NCBI GenBank assembly: GCA_026770705.1 | Contig: JANJGN010000152.1 | Location: 930,001 to 994,000 of the forward strand | DNA from: Isurus oxyrinchus | Lineage: Eukaryota | Length of the DNA: 64,000 nucleotides | Direction of reading: 5' to 3' | In this document: positions 35,648 through 47,971 of the stretch, piece by piece | Layout of the letters: every line of letters begins with the position of its first letter | Position numbering within the stretch: the stretch's first letter is position 1 | The notes under the pieces: model-generated | Seen by the model: the letters and a program-made list of their open reading frames with translations, nothing else | Told to the model about the DNA's origin: nothing | Databases searched by the model: none | Translations under genes and position numbers: made by a program

Positions 35648-38600
35648 CAGGGAAAAATATCCTCACAAGGAGGTTTGCTAATGCTGTTGGAGTGCAGGGG
35701 ATGGGGCAGACGGGTTTGGTTTAAACTAGATTGGCAGGGGAATGGGAACCTGAGGGAAAATTCAGAGCAGGGAACAGGAGATGGAGAATTAATGAGTGAC
35801 TCTGAAAGACAGAAGCAGCACAGGTTAAAAAATGTACAGCACAGGAACTTGGCAGTGTTAAAATGTGTATTTGTAAATGCAAGGAACATAGTAAATAAAG
35901 CCGATGAGCTGAGGGCACAGGTAGGCACATGGCAGCATGATATCATTGGTATAATGGAAATCTGGCTTAAGGAAGGGCAAAAATGGCAGCTCAACACACC
36001 TGTATATAGAGTTTTCAAGCAGGATAGGAGGGGGATAAAGAAGTTGGGGGTGCAGCATTATCAATTAAAGGATCAATTACAGCTGTGAGGAGGGATGCTA
36101 TACTAAATGAAGCATCAAATGAGGCCATGTGGGTTGACCTCAGAAATAAAAAAGGGCAGCCACACTGCGAGGAGTGTACTATCAACCTCCAAATTGTGGA
36201 AGGGAGTTAGAAGAGCAAATATGTGGACACATTTCTGAGTGCAAAAACAACAGGGCAGTAATAGTTGGGGACTTCAACTACCCTAATATCAATTGGGATA
36301 GGAACACAGTGTGAAGGATACAGAGGACGCATAATTCTTGAACTGCATTCAAGAGAACCTTTCTGGCCAGCGCGTAACAAGCCCAGTGAGACTGGGTGCA
36401 ATTCTAGAATTAGTCTTAAGAAATGAAGCTGGGCAAGTGGATGAAGTAGCAGTGGGAACCACTTTGGAGATAGTGACCATAATCTGGTTAGATTTAGCAT
36501 CATTACAGAAAAGGACAAAGATAGAACAGGAGTAAATGTTCTAAATTAGGGGATGACAAATTTTCCAAAGCTGAGAGGTGAGCTGGCAAGAGTGGACTGG
36601 ATACGGCTATTAGAAGGAAAAACTGTCAAATCAGTAGGAGGCATTCAAAGGCGAGATTCTACGGCACAGTGTAGACGTGACCTTTCAAAGAAAAAGGGTG
36701 GTACTGCCAAATCTAGATCTCCCTGGTTGTTCAGAAGAATACAGGCCAAGATAAAACACAAAAAGAAAGCTTATGATAGTCACAAAAGACTTACTGAAGG
36801 AAGCCTAGAGGAGTATAGAAAGTACGGGGGTGAAGTAAAAATGGAAATTAGGAAAGTAAAGAGAGGATTTAAAGAAATATTGGCAGGTAAAATCAAAGAA
36901 AATCCTAATATGTTTTACCAGTACATTAAGAGCAAGAGAATAACAAAGGAAAATAACTAAGGGCCAATCAGAGATGTACAAGGTAGCTTGTGGTACAGAT
37001 GGTGTGGGCAGGGTTCTCAACAAGTACTTTGTCTTTGTCTTCATTAAGGAGAGGGATAATACAGACATTCCAGTTAAAGAGGAGTGTGAATTATTAGATA
37101 CAATAAGCATAGTGAGAGAGGAAGTACTGGAGGGGCCGGCAGCCTTGAAGACGGATATATCACCAGAGCCAGATGGATTGTATCCCAGGCTGTTGAATGA
37201 AGTCAGGGAGGAAATAGCAGATGTTCTGAAGATCATTTTCCAATCCTCACTAGATATAGGCGAGGTCCCAGAGAATTGGAGGTCTGTGAACATTGTACCA
37301 CTATTTAAAAAGGGTGCAAGGGATAGGCCAGAAAATTATAGGCCAGTCAGTCTGACTTCTGTGGTGGGCAAATTATTAGAAACAATTCTGACAGGATAAC
37401 TTGTCTCTTAGAAAGACACAGATTGATCAGGGATAGTCAGCATGGTTTTGTTAGGGGGATATCATGTCTTACTAACTTAACAGAGTTTTTTGAGGAAGTG
37501 ACAAGGATTGATGAGAATAGTGCAGTGGATGTTGTCTACATGGATTTCAGTAAGACATTTGACAAGATCCCACATGGCCGACTAGTCAGGAAAGTGAGAT
37601 CTCATGGGATGCGGGGGAAGGTGGCAGGTTGGATCCAAAGTTGGTTCAGTGACAGGAAACAAAGCGTAATTGTCAATGGCTGGTTTTGTGAAGGGAAAAT
37701 GGTTTCCTGTGGTGTTCCACAGGGCTCAGTGTTGGGGCCCTAGCTGTTTGTTGTGTATATTAATGATTCAGACTGAAATGTGGGAGGCATGATTGGGAAA
37801 TTCACATATGATATAAAAAATGGCTATGTAGTTGATAGTGAAGAGGATAGCTGTTGACTCCAGAATGATATCAATGGTTTGGTCGAGTGGGCGGAGAAGT
37901 GGCAAATGGAATTCAATCCTGAAGAGCTGGAGGTAATGCATTTGGAGTGGGCAAATAAAGCAAGCGAATTCTCAATAAATGGGAAGTTATTGAGAGGGGT
38001 TGAGGAACTGAGAGACCATGGAGTGCATGTACATAGGTCCTTGAAGTTGGCAGGACAGATGGACATGGTGGTAAAGAGAGAATATGGAATGCTTTCCTTT
38101 AGTGGGTGAGTTATTGAACACCAAAACAGGCTGTAATAATAAAACTGTATCAAACGTTGGTTAGGCCACAGCTGGAATTTTGTGTACAGTTCTGGTCACA
38201 TTATAGTAAGGACACAAATGCTCTGGAGAGAGTACAGAGGAGATTTACAAGAATGTTTCCAGGGCTTGAAAATTGCAGCTATGAGAGAGATTGGATAGGC
38301 TAAGGTTGTCTTCCTTTGAACAGAGGAGACTAAGGGGTGACCTAGTTGAGGTGTACAAAATTATGAGGGGCCAAGATAGGGTAGACAGGAAAGACTTGTT
38401 TCCCCTAGATGAGGGGTCAATTACCAGGGGGCACAGATTTCAGGTGGTAGAAAGGTTAGAGGGGGACATAAGGCAAATCGTTTTCACCCAGAGGGTGGTG
38501 GGCATCTGGAATTCACTGCCTAAATTGGTGGTTGAGGCTGAAAAGCTCAAGTCATTTATAAGGTACATGGATCTGCATCTGAAGCACTGTAACCTGCAAC

Positions 38601-39094
38601 ACTACCGACCAGGTGCTGGAAAGTAGGATTAAAATGAGCAGTTAGTTTCTTTACTTTTTTTTGGCCGGTGCAGATGTAACGAGCTGAAGGTCTCTTTCTG
38701 CACCGTAACTTTTCTATAGTTCTACCAACTTATATACGTCCTTTTGAAATTCTTCACTCAGTTCACAATTCTTCCAAGTTTTGTATCATCTGCAAACTTT
38801 GAAGTTGTACCCTGTACACCAAGGTCTAGGTTATAAAACTGGTGACTCAGGCACCCACTCCTTCACTCTAATTCTAACAAATAATGCAGCTCACAACAGC
38901 ATATCAGTAATAATGACTTTATTAGTCATTTTGAATATATGGAAAGGATCACCTTTTCCCAATTGTGGAGAACAGGAAGTCCAGTGGTTAGTTCAGAGCT
39001 TCCTTCTCCCCAAGTCTATTCTAACAAGTTGTGACTATCTGAGTTACATTTATACAGACTCACTCACTCAGTCAGTGATCAGGTCTGACTGAGC

Positions 39095-39380
39095 GACAAC
39101 AACATCAACAACAACTTATATTTATATCGAGCTTTTAACATAATAAGACATCCCAAGGAGTTTCACAGGAGCATAAGGACATATGAGGTAAGATGACCAA
39201 AAGCTTGGTTAAAGAGGTCGGTTATAAGGAGTGTCTTAAAGGAGGAAAGTGAAGTAGAAAGGTGGACAGGCTCAGGAAGGAAATTCCAGAGCGTAGGGCC
39301 CAGGCAGCTGAAGGCACAGCCAGTAATGGTGGAGTGATTTAGATTAGAGATGAAGGACATTGAGTAATGGTGCTCCATGT
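39095..39380 (-). mobile_element. L2 3' fragment
   Basis: RC encodes AFSCLGPTLWNFLP..SSFKTLL; (caa)n tail. Confidence 0.75.
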
Positions 39381-40539
39381 AAGTGGGCCCGATAGCCCAG
39401 GCTCAAGGCCCAAATTTGAACTTTGCGACATAGTTTGGCCATCGCTGGTCTCAGAGAAAAGCAATTCCTCATACAAACATCTTGTAAGATCTTTGTTTAT
39501 TGATAACAGAAAAAGTTAGCATCAGTTGAGTCCTCCTGTGCACTCGATGGGGATTGACTTTAACAGATTTAAAATCCCCTGGATTTCAGTGTTACAACAA
39601 GAATGTTTTAATAAAAAGAAAACATATATAAATCCTGGAAAACTAAAAGAACAAAAATGGGGAAATACACAGCAGCTCAATCATTTCAAAGTGATAAATG
39701 AATGGTCACTGGTTCAGGTGGGACTGTTTCAGGATGAATACTTCCCACCAGCAGCACCAACCCCCTGCCCCCCTCCCGTTCACTAAATATTCCTTCACCC
39801 ACTCATCCACCAATTGCACATCCACCTAATGGCTCCCAGCCCGGATTGACATTCAACATGAACCCAGTGAGAGGGTGAGCTGGCCCTCGGGATGTCAGAA
39901 TGGACAAGAGCTGGAAATGGTTCCAATCAATACATTTTCTGTGCCATTACTTAAAAAGGAAATTAATATTTTATCAAACTCCCCTGTGCACCCTTGGTGA
40001 ATTACAATTTCCAGCCCAGACCCTTCCTATTGCTTCTACATGGTGCATCCTGTGTGGTTTCAGCAGAGGGAGAGACAGGCTGCTCACATCCCTGCTCTCA
40101 CTGCCAAGACGCTTGTGGTCTCCATCCTCTGGGTTTCAGAGCCCTTCAGGGTCCCGGCAAAGACTGACCCACCTGTATCTGTGCAGGGGCAGATTCAGCT
40201 GGTGGGAGATGGGGTATTGTGTAGGCTACTGCCTGGGGGGTACGTATGTTGGGTGGGGAGTGCATGAGCATTGGGAACGCTTTTGAGTAAAGTTCCCACT
40301 TCCAGGTCTCCTTTCTCCATCATCCCTCTCCTGGACTAGAGTCACATCATTCCTCCCACTCTGCTGCAGACCAGCTTGGTGAAGATCAGTGACGTGCTGT
40401 AAGGTCACAGATGCAGTGTCTGCCATCCTGTTTAAGGCAGCAGACATCTCCTGCACGGCTGTGGTCATGACTTGCATGGGCCTATTTCAGAGCCGTTCTT
40501 GAAGCTCCATGGAGACAACCCCTCTCCATGACAGACAGT

Positions 40540-40810
40540 CTCTGGAACCTCCTCCAGCCCTACAACCCTCTGAGCTCCTTATGCTCCTCCAATTGTGACC
40601 CTTTCCATTACTCCACCATGGGAGACCGTGATTTCAACTCCCGAGGTCCTGAGCTCTGGAATTCCCTCCCTAAACCTCTCCCTCTCCTTCTTTAAAATAC
40701 TTCTAAAAATCTACCTCTTTGACAAAGTTTTTGATCATCTGTGAAGCACCTTGACATGTTTTACTATGTTAAAGGTTCGATATAAATGCAACTTATTGTT
40801 GTTATTGCAT
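40540..40810 (+). mobile_element. L2 3' fragment
   Basis: ctctggaattccctccctaaacc...atataaatgcaa tail. Confidence 0.75.
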
Positions 40811-41133
40811 TGTGTTGGTAGATTCAGGAATGTCACACAAACATTTTCAATCCTCGTACCATACTCACTGGAAATCTAAAGCTGCCGTTTCACTTTCAGT
40901 CAGGAACAGATCAGTTTTACACCAATCTCTGATTTGACAGCACATTTCCAGTATTCACCGTTGTTCTTCCTGACTCTAAACCCAATTGTAAAGATACCTT
41001 CTCTTCCATGTCTAGGAGCTATGAATGATGGACACGGCTGGGACACATTTCTTACATATCTCAGGATTAAACCACACGTTCAGTCCTGGATGTGATTCAC
41101 AGCAACTGAAACAGCAGAATCCAACCCCTGCAG

Positions 41134-41892
41134 TCACTCGTGAACCTGCTGGTGTCTCCGCAAGTGGGATGACTGAGTGAATCCCTTCCCACACACAGAG
41201 CAGGTGAACGGCCTCTCCCCACTGTGAGTGCGTCGGTGTCTGTGCAAATGAGATGACCGAATGAATCTCTTCCCACACTCAGAGCAGGTGAACGGCTTCT
41301 CCCCAGTGTGAACTCGCTGGTGGGTCAGCAGGGTGGTTGACACACGGAATCCCTTCCCACACTCAGAGCAAGTGTACGGCTTCTCCCCAGTGTGAGTGCG
41401 CTGATGTATCAGCAGTGTGAATGACCGAGCAAATCCCTTCCCACACTCAGAGCAGATGAATGGCCTCTCCCTAGTGTGAGTGTGCTGGTGTGTCAGCAGA
41501 TGGGCTGACTGAGTGAATCCCTTCCCACATTCAGAGCAAATGAACGGTCTCTCCCCAGTGTGAACTTGCTGGTGCGCAGTGAGTTGAGATGATCGCCTGA
41601 ACCCAGTTCCGCAGTGAGAGCATATGAACGGTTTCTCTTCAGTGTGAACATGTTGATGGGACCTCAGTTCCCCGGAATTTTTAAAGCACATCCTGCAATC
41701 TGGGCATTTAAATGGTCTCTCCCCAGTGTGAGTTCGCTGGTGGGTATGTAAGCTGGATAACTGAGTGAACCCCTTCCCACATACGGAGCAGGTGAACGGC
41801 CTCTCCCCGGTGTGACTGCGTCGATGAATTTCCAGCACAGACGGGGATCTGAAGCCCTTCCCACAGTCCCCACATTTCCATGGTTTCTCCGT
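41134..41892 (-). CDS. Poly-C2H2 zinc-finger ORF, 9 intact fingers, family start codon present as ACG (type B)
   Basis: RC acc ACG gag aaa cca tgg aaa tgt (paralogs have ATG); open to TGA at 41134. Confidence 0.65.
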   Translation of the reverse strand, partial: TEKPWKCGDCGKGFRSPSVLEIHRRSHTGERPFTCSVCGKGFTQLSSLHTHQRTHTGERPFKCPDCRMCFKNSGELRSHQHVHTEEKPFICSHCGTGFRRSSQLTAHQQVHTGERPFICSECGKGFTQSAHLLTHQHTHTRERPFICSECGKGFARSFTLLIHQRTHTGEKPYTCSECGKGFRVSTTLLTHQRVHTGEKPFTCSECGKRFIRSSHLHRHRRTHSGERPFTCSVCGKGFTQSSHLRRHQQVHE

Positions 41893-42624
41893 GGTGCAGG
41901 TGCCCTATCTCTCCAGGTTGGATGATAGGTTAAAGACTTGTCTACATACAGAACACGTGTACAGTTTCTCCCCACTGTGAATGGTGCGATGTTTTTTCAG
42001 GCTGTGTAACTGATTAAAGCTCTTTCCACATTCAGTTCCCTGGGGCACTCACACCAGCGCTTTTCCAGTCACACTGATGTTTGAAATCATGCCACAGAGT
42101 AGACAAACTTTTCTCCTTCCACATTCAAAGTCTGATGGAATTCAGGGCCTGATGAATCGAGTGACTCTGTTAAATCTTGAAAGTTGGAGTTTCCTGTCTG
42201 TAAATACTCCAATTCTAATGCTTGAAAATGGAGTCACTGTAAGAAGACGACAGAAATTCAGAACAGACAATTCTAGTTTCTATGGAACAATTTTCCCCAA
42301 GGCTGTAAATCCCCGTCCCACACAATCTTCCCCCTCCCTGTGCTGAAATCCAAACCCATCTCACCATCTCTTTCTTCCACCCCCAGTTTTCTCCCTCTCT
42401 CTATTCTGACTGGGTTCAGGGCTCCAACCCTTCTGTGCATAGTAAAGTGAATCAGTCAATCATTTCTCTCCTGGTCACTGGAACCCTGAAGCTCTGCCCA
42501 TTGTCTGTTTCCTCTTGAAGATGGTCACGCATGCACCCTGCCAGCTGAAAATGCCTCTCTCAAGATGCTGGCCAGTTGCCTGGGTGATCTGGGCCTGTCA
42601 CCGAAGAAGACCCACCCCTCTGAT

Positions 42625-43830
42625 TCATCCTGACTCCCTTTCTTAAGCAGTCCCTCAGGATTGAGGATGATTTGCTTCCATTCTCGTTCAATTGGCTTAG
42701 AGATAAGTCCAAGGCATATTCAGCAAACTCTGTCATATATAGGCAGGTGGTGATTGAAGGGTTGGATAGATAAGGTGTTGGTGGGTTATGTGCTTTCTGA
42801 TGCCTCAACCTGGCCCCTGTATATGTGGTTTCGTCAGCGCTGTCAAGACCATCTACGACCCAAGCACTCAAGGGCCAACCCCACCAAGAGCCAAGCATGG
42901 AGGGAACCTCTTCAAGGAGAGGGAGGCAGTCAGTACTCACTGGAGAGAACATTATGGAGAACTCCTCAACCAAGGCCCTGTTGTTGACTTGAATGTCTTC
43001 AACTCCATTCCTCAATACCCCATCCTGCTCAGTCTCGGTGCTACCACAGTCCAGGATGAAAATGAAAAAGTTATTTGACAGCTGAAAAACAACAAGATCT
43101 GGAGCAGATGGAATCCCGGATAAAATTCTGAAACATGGCAAAGTTACGCTGCTGGCTGGACAATCTGATATTCCTTACTGGGAAGAAGGATGCATGCCAG
43201 GGGATCTCTGGGACACTCTGATTGTGGCTGTATTCAAGAAGAGAGACAAGTCCGAATGCGGTAATTACAGAGGAACCTCCCTGCTGCCTGCCACAGGGAA
43301 AATCATTACAAGGATCCTCCTCAACCACTTTCTCTTAGTGGCCAAAGAGCTCCTTCCAGATTCACAGTGCAGTTTTCCCCAATCGAGAGGCACCACAGAC
43401 ATAATCTTTACTGGTCAGCAAACCCAAGAAAAATCCAAGGAACAGCACCAATTGCTGTACTTGCCCTTTTTCAACCTGACAGAAGTCTTTTACACTTTCA
43501 AACGTGAAGTTTTATGCAGTATTCTCCTCAATCTCGGCTGCCCTCAGAACTTTATCACTATCCTCTGCCTACTCCACAATGACATGAAACCCGTGATCCT
43601 CATCAACGGAACCACCAGAAATCCTATCTCAGTGAAGCTGGGGTCAGACAAGACTATGTCATTGCACCAAACCCATTCTCCATTTTCCTCTCTGCATCTC
43701 ACCTTGAGCTATTTACCCCCAAGCATGGAGATAATCTAAAGAACAGACAGGAAACCTATACCGCCTTCAAAACAAAAACAGAATCAGTCCAACCTCAGAC
43801 ATTGAGCTCCAGGGTGCAGATGCTTTATCT
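42625..43830 (+). mobile_element. RTE-clade LINE fragment
   Basis: HWREHYGELLN, FKKRDKSECGNYRGTSLLPATGKIITRILL, SQCSF..RGTTDIIF. Confidence 0.85.
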
Positions 43831-43929
43831 GTTTGTTAAATCCAAACCGCATTGATTCCATAACCGTTAATATCCTTGCCTCATAAACATCCAGCAATCT
43901 CAGTTTTTCAATTTTCAATACCTAGCACC

Positions 43930-44975
43930 AAAGGAAGATGGCTGAGGTTGTTGGAGGTCCATCATCTCAGCTCTAGGACATCACTACAGAAATTCTTCAG
44001 GGTAGCGAGCTAGGCCTAACCATCTTCAGTTGCTTCATCAATGACCTTCTTTCCATCATGAGGTCAGAGGTGGGGATGTTCGCTGACAATTGCACAATGT
44101 TCAGCACCATTCACGACAGCTCAGATACTGAAGCAGTCCATGTCCAAATGTAGCAAGACCTGGACAATATCCAGGCTTGGGCTGACATGTGGCAAATCAC
44201 ATTTGCGTCACAGAAGTGCCAGGCAATGACCATCTCTAACAGGAGAGAATCTAACCATCAAGACTTGACATTCAATGGCATTACCATCGCTGAATCCCCC
44301 ACTATTAATATTCTGGGAGTTACCATTGACAGAAACTGAATTCGACTATCCATATAAATACTGTGGCTACAAAAGCAGGTCAGAGGCTAGGAATCCTGTG
44401 GTGAGTAAGATACTTCCCAACTCCCCAAAGCCTGTCCACCATCTACTAGGCACAAGTCAGGAGTGCGATGGAATACTCCCCACTTGCCTGGATGAGTGTA
44501 GCTCCCACAATATTCAAGAAGCTTGACACCATCCAGGACAAAGCAGCCTGCTTGATTGCCACCCCATCCACAAATATTCATTCCCTCCACCACCAATGAA
44601 GCATGGTAGCAGTGTGTACCATCCAGAAGATGCACTGGAGGAACTCACCAAGGCTCTTTCACAGCAGCACCTTCCAAACTCATGGCTGCTGTGATGTAGA
44701 AGGACAAGGGCAGCAGACACATGGGAACACCATCACCTGGAAATTCTCCTCCAAGCCACTCACAATCCTGACTTGGAAATATATCGGCCGTCCCTTCACT
44801 GTCGCTGGCTCAAAATCCTGGAACTCCCTACCTAAGAGCACTGTGGGTGTACCTACACCACATGGACTGCAGCGGTTCAAGTAGGCAGCTAACCAACACC
44901 TTCTTAACGGTAAATAAGGATGAACATTAAATGCTGGCCCAGCCAGTGACGCCCACATCCCATTAATCAATTTTT
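43930..44975 (+). mobile_element. RT-bearing 3' part of the tRNA-headed LINE family
   Basis: QGSELGLTIFSCFINDL and MFAD remnants at 43998-44090; 3' end matches the SINE tail. Confidence 0.8.
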
Positions 44976-45169
44976 TAAAAATTGACGAAATCTCAACAGA
45001 ATTCCAGTTTTCCACTGTATTTTCTGTGAAGTGATTTCTGACATTGTTTCTGAACAGCCGAGTCTCAGTTACATAAATAAATATAAATAATAAATGATTT
45101 GTACATTTAAATGGTAACAATTATTTAACTCTTAACTAGTCATGCAACATTTTTTTAGAAAAACATAAT

Positions 45170-45330
45170 TTTAGTAAAATACTGTGGATGCTGGAAATCT
45201 GAAATAAAAACAAAGTTCTGGAAATCCTCAGCAGGTTTGGCAGCTTCTGTGAAGAGAGAGAAACAGATTTAACATTTCCAATCCAATATGATTCTTCTTC
45301 AGAACTGAGTATTTCCAGCATTCTGATTTC
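45170..45330. mobile_element. Penelope-like terminal repeat with inverted tail
   Basis: Shared PLE motif; degenerate hammerhead on the minus strand. Confidence 0.65.
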
Positions 45331-45469
45331 ATTTAAAACACATAATTGATGTAAACTTTATTGTCCTTACAGGTATCTGGATGTAAATCTGATTTCAGAC
45401 CTTCCACTGAACAGTTTTCAAACTGACTCCAGCTCATTGTCCATTCCTTCACTAAAGATCCAGATGGAA

Positions 45470-45980
45470 AACCCTCAGCACAAGATGGCGGCGGCCGGTT
45501 GCCCGGGTAACCCGGGCCTGTCACCAGGAAGGAAGCCCCGCCTCCCTGATCCGCCCTGACTCCCACTCGCAAGATAGCGGCCAGTGAGCCCGCTGCCCCC
45601 GGGCCTGTCACCGCGAGGAAAAAGTCCAGTTTCCGGCTGGAATTTGTGACAAATCAGCTTTCAAAATGATGCAGAGTTTCAGCCAATGAGGGAGATCCGT
45701 GATGAGCCCCGCCCCTCATTCACTCCGATTGGTGGAGGACCTGTCGCTGCCTCTCGAGCCTCCTGTCCTGCCCCCTCTTGCTGTTGGTCCGGACCTGCCA
45801 TCAATCACCGGCCTTTGTGAGGTGAAGCATGTGCAGTGCTAATGCTGTAGCTGGAGTGAGGCATGTCGGCCCCAAACCTGAAAAAGAGGCTTCTGGTCCC
45901 GCGTTTGTATCGAGTGGGGGAAACAGGCGCGGCTTCTCCCGGCAACAGGCCTGAGTTAACGGCCGGCATCTTTATAGAGG
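45470..45980. promoter_or_regulatory. CpG island and candidate bidirectional promoter between divergent ZNFs (41.9 kb minus, 47.3 kb plus)
   Basis: YY1 caagatggcggc at 45481; cassette at 45620-45840 with GC boxes and attgg; YY1-like ccggcatctt near 45963. Confidence 0.7.
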
Positions 45981-46384
45981 CAGCAAATAAGCAGGAGGCA
46001 AAAAATCAAAGAGAGAGTTTGTTGTGAAATCAATGGGTTGTTGTAAATCAGGAGGTCAGGGTTACAGCCAACAACTTCCATTTATATAGAGCCTTTACCA
46101 TCAGGAACCATCCCAGTGCAATTCACAGGAAAACTATAAAACAAAGTGTGACACCGAGATACATGAGGAGATATGAGGGCAGGTGACCAAAAGCTTGGTC
46201 AAAGAGGTAGGTTTTAAAAAGTGTCTGAAAGGAGGAAAGTGAGGTAGAGACGGAGAGGGAATTCCAGAGCTTGGGGCTGAGGGAACAAAACACGGCGACC
46301 AGGGGTGGAGAAACCACCTTCACGTTGCTCATTAAATCTCCACACAGTAAGTTCTGGACACAAGGCTAATGTGTTATTCTGTAT

Positions 46385-46690
46385 CAAAACAAAAACACCT
46401 GGAAAAACTCAGCAGGTCTGACAGCATCTGCGGAGAGGAATACCGTTAACGTTTCGAGTCTGAATGACTCTTCATCAGAACTAAGGAAAAATAGAAAAGA
46501 GGTGAAATATAAGCTGGTTTAAGGGTGTGGTGGTGGGGGGTGGGACAGGTAGAGCTGGATGGAAGGCCAGTGATAGGTGGAGATTGCCAAAAGATGTCAT
46601 AGACAAAAGGACAAAGAGAAGTGCTGAGTTTTTCTCAGTATTTTTGTTTTTGTTTTGGATTTCCAGCATCCGCAGTTTTTTGCTTTTATC
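46385..46690. mobile_element. Penelope-like terminal repeat with inverted segment
   Basis: 46385-46415 is inverted at 46622-46655. Confidence 0.75.
46445..46482 (-). ncRNA. Minimal type I hammerhead ribozyme
   Basis: RC agtt-CTGATGA-a-gagtc attca gactc-GAAA-cgtt-aac: catalytic core, 5-bp stem II, palindromic ACGT stem III and gtt/aac stem I. Confidence 0.65.
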
Positions 46691-47296
46691 TTATGTATGG
46701 TCAGTCAGAGTGTTTCAGATTAATCTTTTAACATGAATAATGAATGAAGTGAATTATCAAACATGTTGTTATCTCTAGTTATACAAATTTGTTAAAAGGA
46801 TACAGAAAGAATTATCCAATACTTTATCTGCATTTCAGCCCAGGGAGAAGGGAGAGTGTGTGCAATGGGGTTCTGCAGCTTTGAGGAATAAGAGAGGAAA
46901 AAAATGTTCCATTGAAACTAGAATTGTCTGTTCTGAATTTCTATCCTCTCCTGACAGAGATGACTTGTGTAAATCTCTTTTACAGGATATTAGAAAGGGA
47001 GAATTTGTAGACACATAATTTGAATCGAACATCACATCAAGATCTGACAGTCACTTGATTCATCAAGACCTGAATATCATCAGCCCTTGAATGTGTAAGG
47101 AGAAATGTTTGTCCATGGGAAAAGGTTTCAAACATCAGTGTGACTGGAAAAACACTGAGAAATGCACACACCAGAATGAGAGTGTTCCAGTGCACTGACT
47201 GTGGAAAGAGCTTTAACTGGAAAAAAAATTGCATCATTTACAATGGGGAGGAACTGTTCTGTATGTAAAAAAGGCTTCATCTGATCATCAAACACC

Positions 47297-47971
47297 ATGG
47301 AGAAACCATGGAAATGTGGGGACTGTTTGCAGGCATTCACTACCCCCTCCAAGCTGGAAACTCATCGACGCACTCACACTGGGGAGAGACCATTCACCTG
47401 TTCTGAGTGTGGGAAGGGATTCACTCAGTCATACAGCCTAGCATTACACCAGCGAGTTCATACCGGGGAGAGGCCATTCACCTGCTCCGTGTGTGGGAAG
47501 AGATTTGTTAATTCTTCCAACCTTCTGAGACACCAGCACGTTCACAGTGAGGAAAAACCATTCATTTGCTCTTATTGTGGAAAGACCTTCAGTCTTTCAA
47601 CCATCCTCATCTCACACCAGCGAGTTCACACCGGGGAGAGGCCATTCATCTGCTCTGTGTGTGGGAAGGGATTCACTGAGTCAGCTAACCTAGCATTACA
47701 CCAGCGAGTTCACACTGGGGAGAGGCCATTCACCTGCTCCATGTGTGGGAAGGGATTTATTAATTCATCCAATCTGGTGTCACACCAGCGAGTTCACACT
47801 GAGGAGAAACCATTCAGCTGCACTTCCTGTGGAAAGAGCTTCAAGCATTCAAGTAATCTCAGTGTGCACCTGCGAGTTCACACAGGAGAGAGGCCATTCA
47901 CCTGCTCCCATTGTGGGAAGGGATTCACTTGTTCCTCTCACCTGGTGAGACATCAGCAACTTCACAAGTGA
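47297..47971 (+). CDS. Poly-C2H2 zinc-finger protein, 8 fingers (type B)
   Basis: Intact [10 protein letters not shown]...HQQLHK*; accATGG Kozak context; acceptor tttacAG at 46984-46985. Confidence 0.88.
   Translation: MEKPWKCGDCLQAFTTPSKLETHRRTHTGERPFTCSECGKGFTQSYSLALHQRVHTGERPFTCSVCGKRFVNSSNLLRHQHVHSEEKPFICSYCGKTFSLSTILISHQRVHTGERPFICSVCGKGFTESANLALHQRVHTGERPFTCSMCGKGFINSSNLVSHQRVHTEEKPFSCTSCGKSFKHSSNLSVHLRVHTGERPFTCSHCGKGFTCSSHLVRHQQLHK

Larger units (their letters stand above)
33450..38725 (+). mobile_element. Near full-length degenerate CR1 LINE: ORF1 SGNH esterase plus ORF2 APE-RT
   Basis: ORF1: [41 protein letters not shown]2: VNARNIVNKADEL..DIIGIMEIW, GDFN, ENYRPVSLTSVVGK, DFSKTFDK, PQGSVLGP. 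CR1 tail at about 38720; many stops. Confidence 0.92.

Noticed and set aside
39900-40520. Possible Harbinger-type accessory ORF remnant (MQVMTTAVQEMSAALNRMAD)
   Set aside because: Only a coiled-coil-like impression; no TIRs, transposase or Myb motif could be identified.
47127-47152. Selenocysteine or readthrough at the conserved TGA; IRE-like CAGTGT
   Set aside because: Downstream stops and a shared +2 frameshift block extension, no SECIS was recognised, and the flanks cannot form the IRE upper stem.
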